A stretch of DNA of 64,000 bases, taken from Eledone cirrhosa (Eukaryota). Numbering within the stretch: position 1 is the stretch's first letter; each line of letters begins with the position of its first letter. Under the pieces are notes generated by a model. It was not told the DNA's origin. It saw nothing but the letters and a program-made list of their open reading frames with translations, and made no database searches. Shown in pieces: positions 62,301 through 64,000 of the stretch. Both the position numbers and the translations under genes were made by a program. The DNA is taken from assembly GCA_964016885.1 (NCBI GenBank), contig OZ024740.1, forward strand, positions 206,150,001-206,214,000, read 5' to 3'.

Positions 62301-62704
62301 TTTTAAAGTTCGGTTTTAGCTTAAAGTTAGGTTTTCTACTTTCCAGGAAAAAAGTTGATCCTCTCTAACTTGAGTGGTGTGATATAGTGTGGTAAAGTAT
62401 AGTGTTTCATAGTCTTGTGTGGTGTTGTCTATTGTTGTATAGTGTAGTATGGTATATTGTTTCATAGCATGGTCTGATGTGAGGTCGTACAGTGTTTCGT
62501 AGTGTGGTGTTGGATAATGTGGTATGGTATAATGTTTGTCAGTGTGGTGTGGTGTGGTATGGTATAGGTTGATGTAGTGTGGCTTAGTTTGATTATAATA
62601 ATACAAATAATAATAATTGTTCTTCTTGTTCATTTTCTTTGTCTTCTTCTGTGCCTTTGACTTCTTCTGTGCTTTTGACTTCTTCTTTGCCTTTGACTTC
62701 TTAA

Positions 62705-63045
62705 TAATCATAAGAATTCTTTCACAGATCCAAACAAAAAATCTTCAACTTCACTATCAGGCTTACTCTGGCAACTTAAACATGATAACGTTGGGTATTC
62801 GATGTTTTGGAATATTGTCTCAAGAGGGATTCCTTTTAATTCCTCATCTGAGACATGTGACCTCTGTGTGGAGGAGATATTCTTTATATTAAAATCCAAA
62901 AATTCCCTTAATTTAAGGAGCAATTTATTCAGTTGCTGCAGACATAGATTGAACTCAACGTTTAAATATAAATTTAAAATGTAGTATAATTAATTAAGAT
63001 ATTTAATTAATGTATGAAACCTGACGATAAATCTTTCGATTCCTT
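62705..63045 (+). mobile_element. Penelope-like element 3' fragment (GIY-YIG C-terminus)
   Basis: HKNSF..STSLSGLLWQLK..WNIVSR..CDLCVEE..LNLRSNLFSCCRH, followed by a truncated CTGACGA hammerhead-like core at 63021. Confidence 0.75.
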
Positions 63046-64000
63046 CAACTTTTTCTTTTAAACCTTCTTCATAAATATATACTAATGATGTAATTAAACT
63101 ACCCTAAAATGTAGATGCTCCCAATCTATTGAATAAATTTTACGCAAGATAAACTTCTATACTAAATATAAGAGCATCCGTAGAACAACAGGGTCTCCTA
63201 AATCCTTTAAATGATTTCTGCTAAATAAGTTTTGTTGAATAAATTTTGGTTCTTTTGTTTGCTTTTTGATTCTGATTGCTTCTAATGAACTTGGCAATAT
63301 ATTGTCAGATAAATTGGAAGGGTAGATTTCTGTGGTTGATATAGGAAGCATACTGTGTTTTTACGGCCCGAGATACTCTAGGGAGTGATGAAAATATTTT
63401 TAACGTTTTGATATCTCTGTGCTGATATATGGATATCTGGTTGTCTCTGTACAAAGGCCATATGTATTAATATGCATATGGAATGATTACAGAGTAGATT
63501 TTATCTGTCCATGTACCTATATGTGTGCATACATATATATCTATATGTATGTGTGGGTATAGTTCTGGATATGTTACAGATATGCATAATATTCTATACA
63601 TGAACGATAATCATGTATGTGAGGGCAAGAATATTAATCGTTTATTTTTTTATGTATATATATATATAGTAAAATCTTTTAGAACACAAGGAAAAATTTT
63701 TTTTCTGTGAAACAAGAAATTACAGAGTTGATCACGTAAAATCATGGGTATGTCTATAGTATCAACTAGAACTTGAGATGACCTCTTTTTCTCTTTCTTT
63801 CCTTTTCCGGAAAGTGCATATGCATGTGTATGTATATACTTATATATTTCCGTTTTTTTTGAAGTTTTATCTCAGTTTTGGTACATCGACCTCAGAATTT
63901 TAAACTAAACATATGGTCATTATTGAGCAAAATTATTTTCACACATTATATATCTATGTCTCATTCATGAATATTGATATTTACATTATATTACCCAATT

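Noticed and set aside
58342-62306. Many 60-180 aa ORFs (LVLV, TNTN, ASVS, DANV repeats)
   Set aside because: Artefacts of the stop-poor hexamer repeat; no splice structure or consistent frame.
63100-63420. Possible inverted Penelope N-terminal remnant
   Set aside because: Similarity is too weak to call by eye.

Overview
AT-rich, repeat-dense eukaryotic DNA. The SINE and RTE families suggest an octopod cephalopod (inference). There are two host genes, both on the minus strand. The first is the 5' part of an NCOA4/ARA70-like gene: coding exons 1515-1619 and 1193-1407, with a probable promoter and first exon near 13.0 kb. The second is a complete 14-exon nucleolin gene (35945->21666) encoding an acidic N-terminus, an NLS, three RRMs and a GAR tail. 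The rest is mostly mobile DNA: a Tx1/L1-type LINE with a 20-bp TSD, several RTE LINEs, CRE/CR1/Penelope fragments, a Gypsy element with a nested deleted LTR element, a Merlin transposon ending in a perfect 71-bp-arm palindrome, Helitrons, piggyBac/hAT MITEs and several SINE families. The right end holds a 904-bp satellite and a 3.9-kb telomere-variant hexamer tract. The most notable candidate is a CpG-rich, hairpin-rich ~365-nt segment in nucleolin intron 1 that is bounded by splice sites and would act as a stop-containing (poison) exon, possibly autoregulatory. Also notable are Penelope-type minimal hammerhead ribozymes and a PHD finger inserted in an RTE reverse transcriptase. All calls are by eye; boundaries of decayed repeats are approximate.
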